64,000 nt of DNA from Octopus sinensis. Lineage: Eukaryota. Location: the NCBI RefSeq assembly GCF_006345805.1, contig NC_042999.1:160828001-160892000 (forward strand), in the 5' to 3' direction. Shown one piece after another: positions 63,840-64,000 of the stretch. Position numbers and translations under genes: made by a program. How positions within the stretch are numbered: position 1 is the stretch's first letter; each line of letters starts with the position of its first letter. A model generated the notes under the pieces. It was given only the letters and a program-made list of their open reading frames with translations. It did no database searches and was not told the origin of the DNA.

Positions 63840-64000
63840 TCATCATCATCATCGTTTAACTTCTACCTTCCATGCAGGCATAGGTAGGATGGTTGACAGG
63901 AGCTGGTCAGGGAGAAGACTACCCCAAGATATTGTCTGTTTTGACAGGGCTTTTACGGCTAGATGCCCTTTCTAACACCAACCACTCTGCTGAGTGGACT
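63840..64000 (-). mobile_element. Diverged RTE 3'-end fragment
   Basis: (CAT)n + cgtttaac, followed by degenerate RTE 3' UTR. Confidence 0.7.

Overview
AT-rich, repeat-dense animal genomic DNA. The SINE/LINE repertoire and TA/CA microsatellites suggest a coleoid cephalopod such as Octopus (inference, not verified). One host gene can be assembled on the + strand: a six-coding-exon SLC16/monocarboxylate-transporter-like MFS gene (7531-8021, 21846-22078, 38247-38390, 39936-40425, 45305-45588, 57428-57570; all introns GT-AG and phase-compatible; 1785 nt = 594 aa + stop). The rest is mobile DNA: RTE, CR1/L2-like and Tx1/L1-like LINEs, three tRNA-type SINE families, Helitron-like elements, and piggyBac, hAT, Merlin-like and Tc1/mariner MITEs. 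The most notable structure is in the last intron: a near-identical ~475-bp tandem array (about 7 copies, then about 2 inverted copies) in which every unit carries a type I hammerhead ribozyme motif, i.e. a candidate non-LTR retrozyme array. Several other hammerhead-bearing inverted-repeat elements (Penelope-like pLTR architecture) sit in TA microsatellites elsewhere. Most short ORFs in the supplied track are microsatellite or repeat artefacts.
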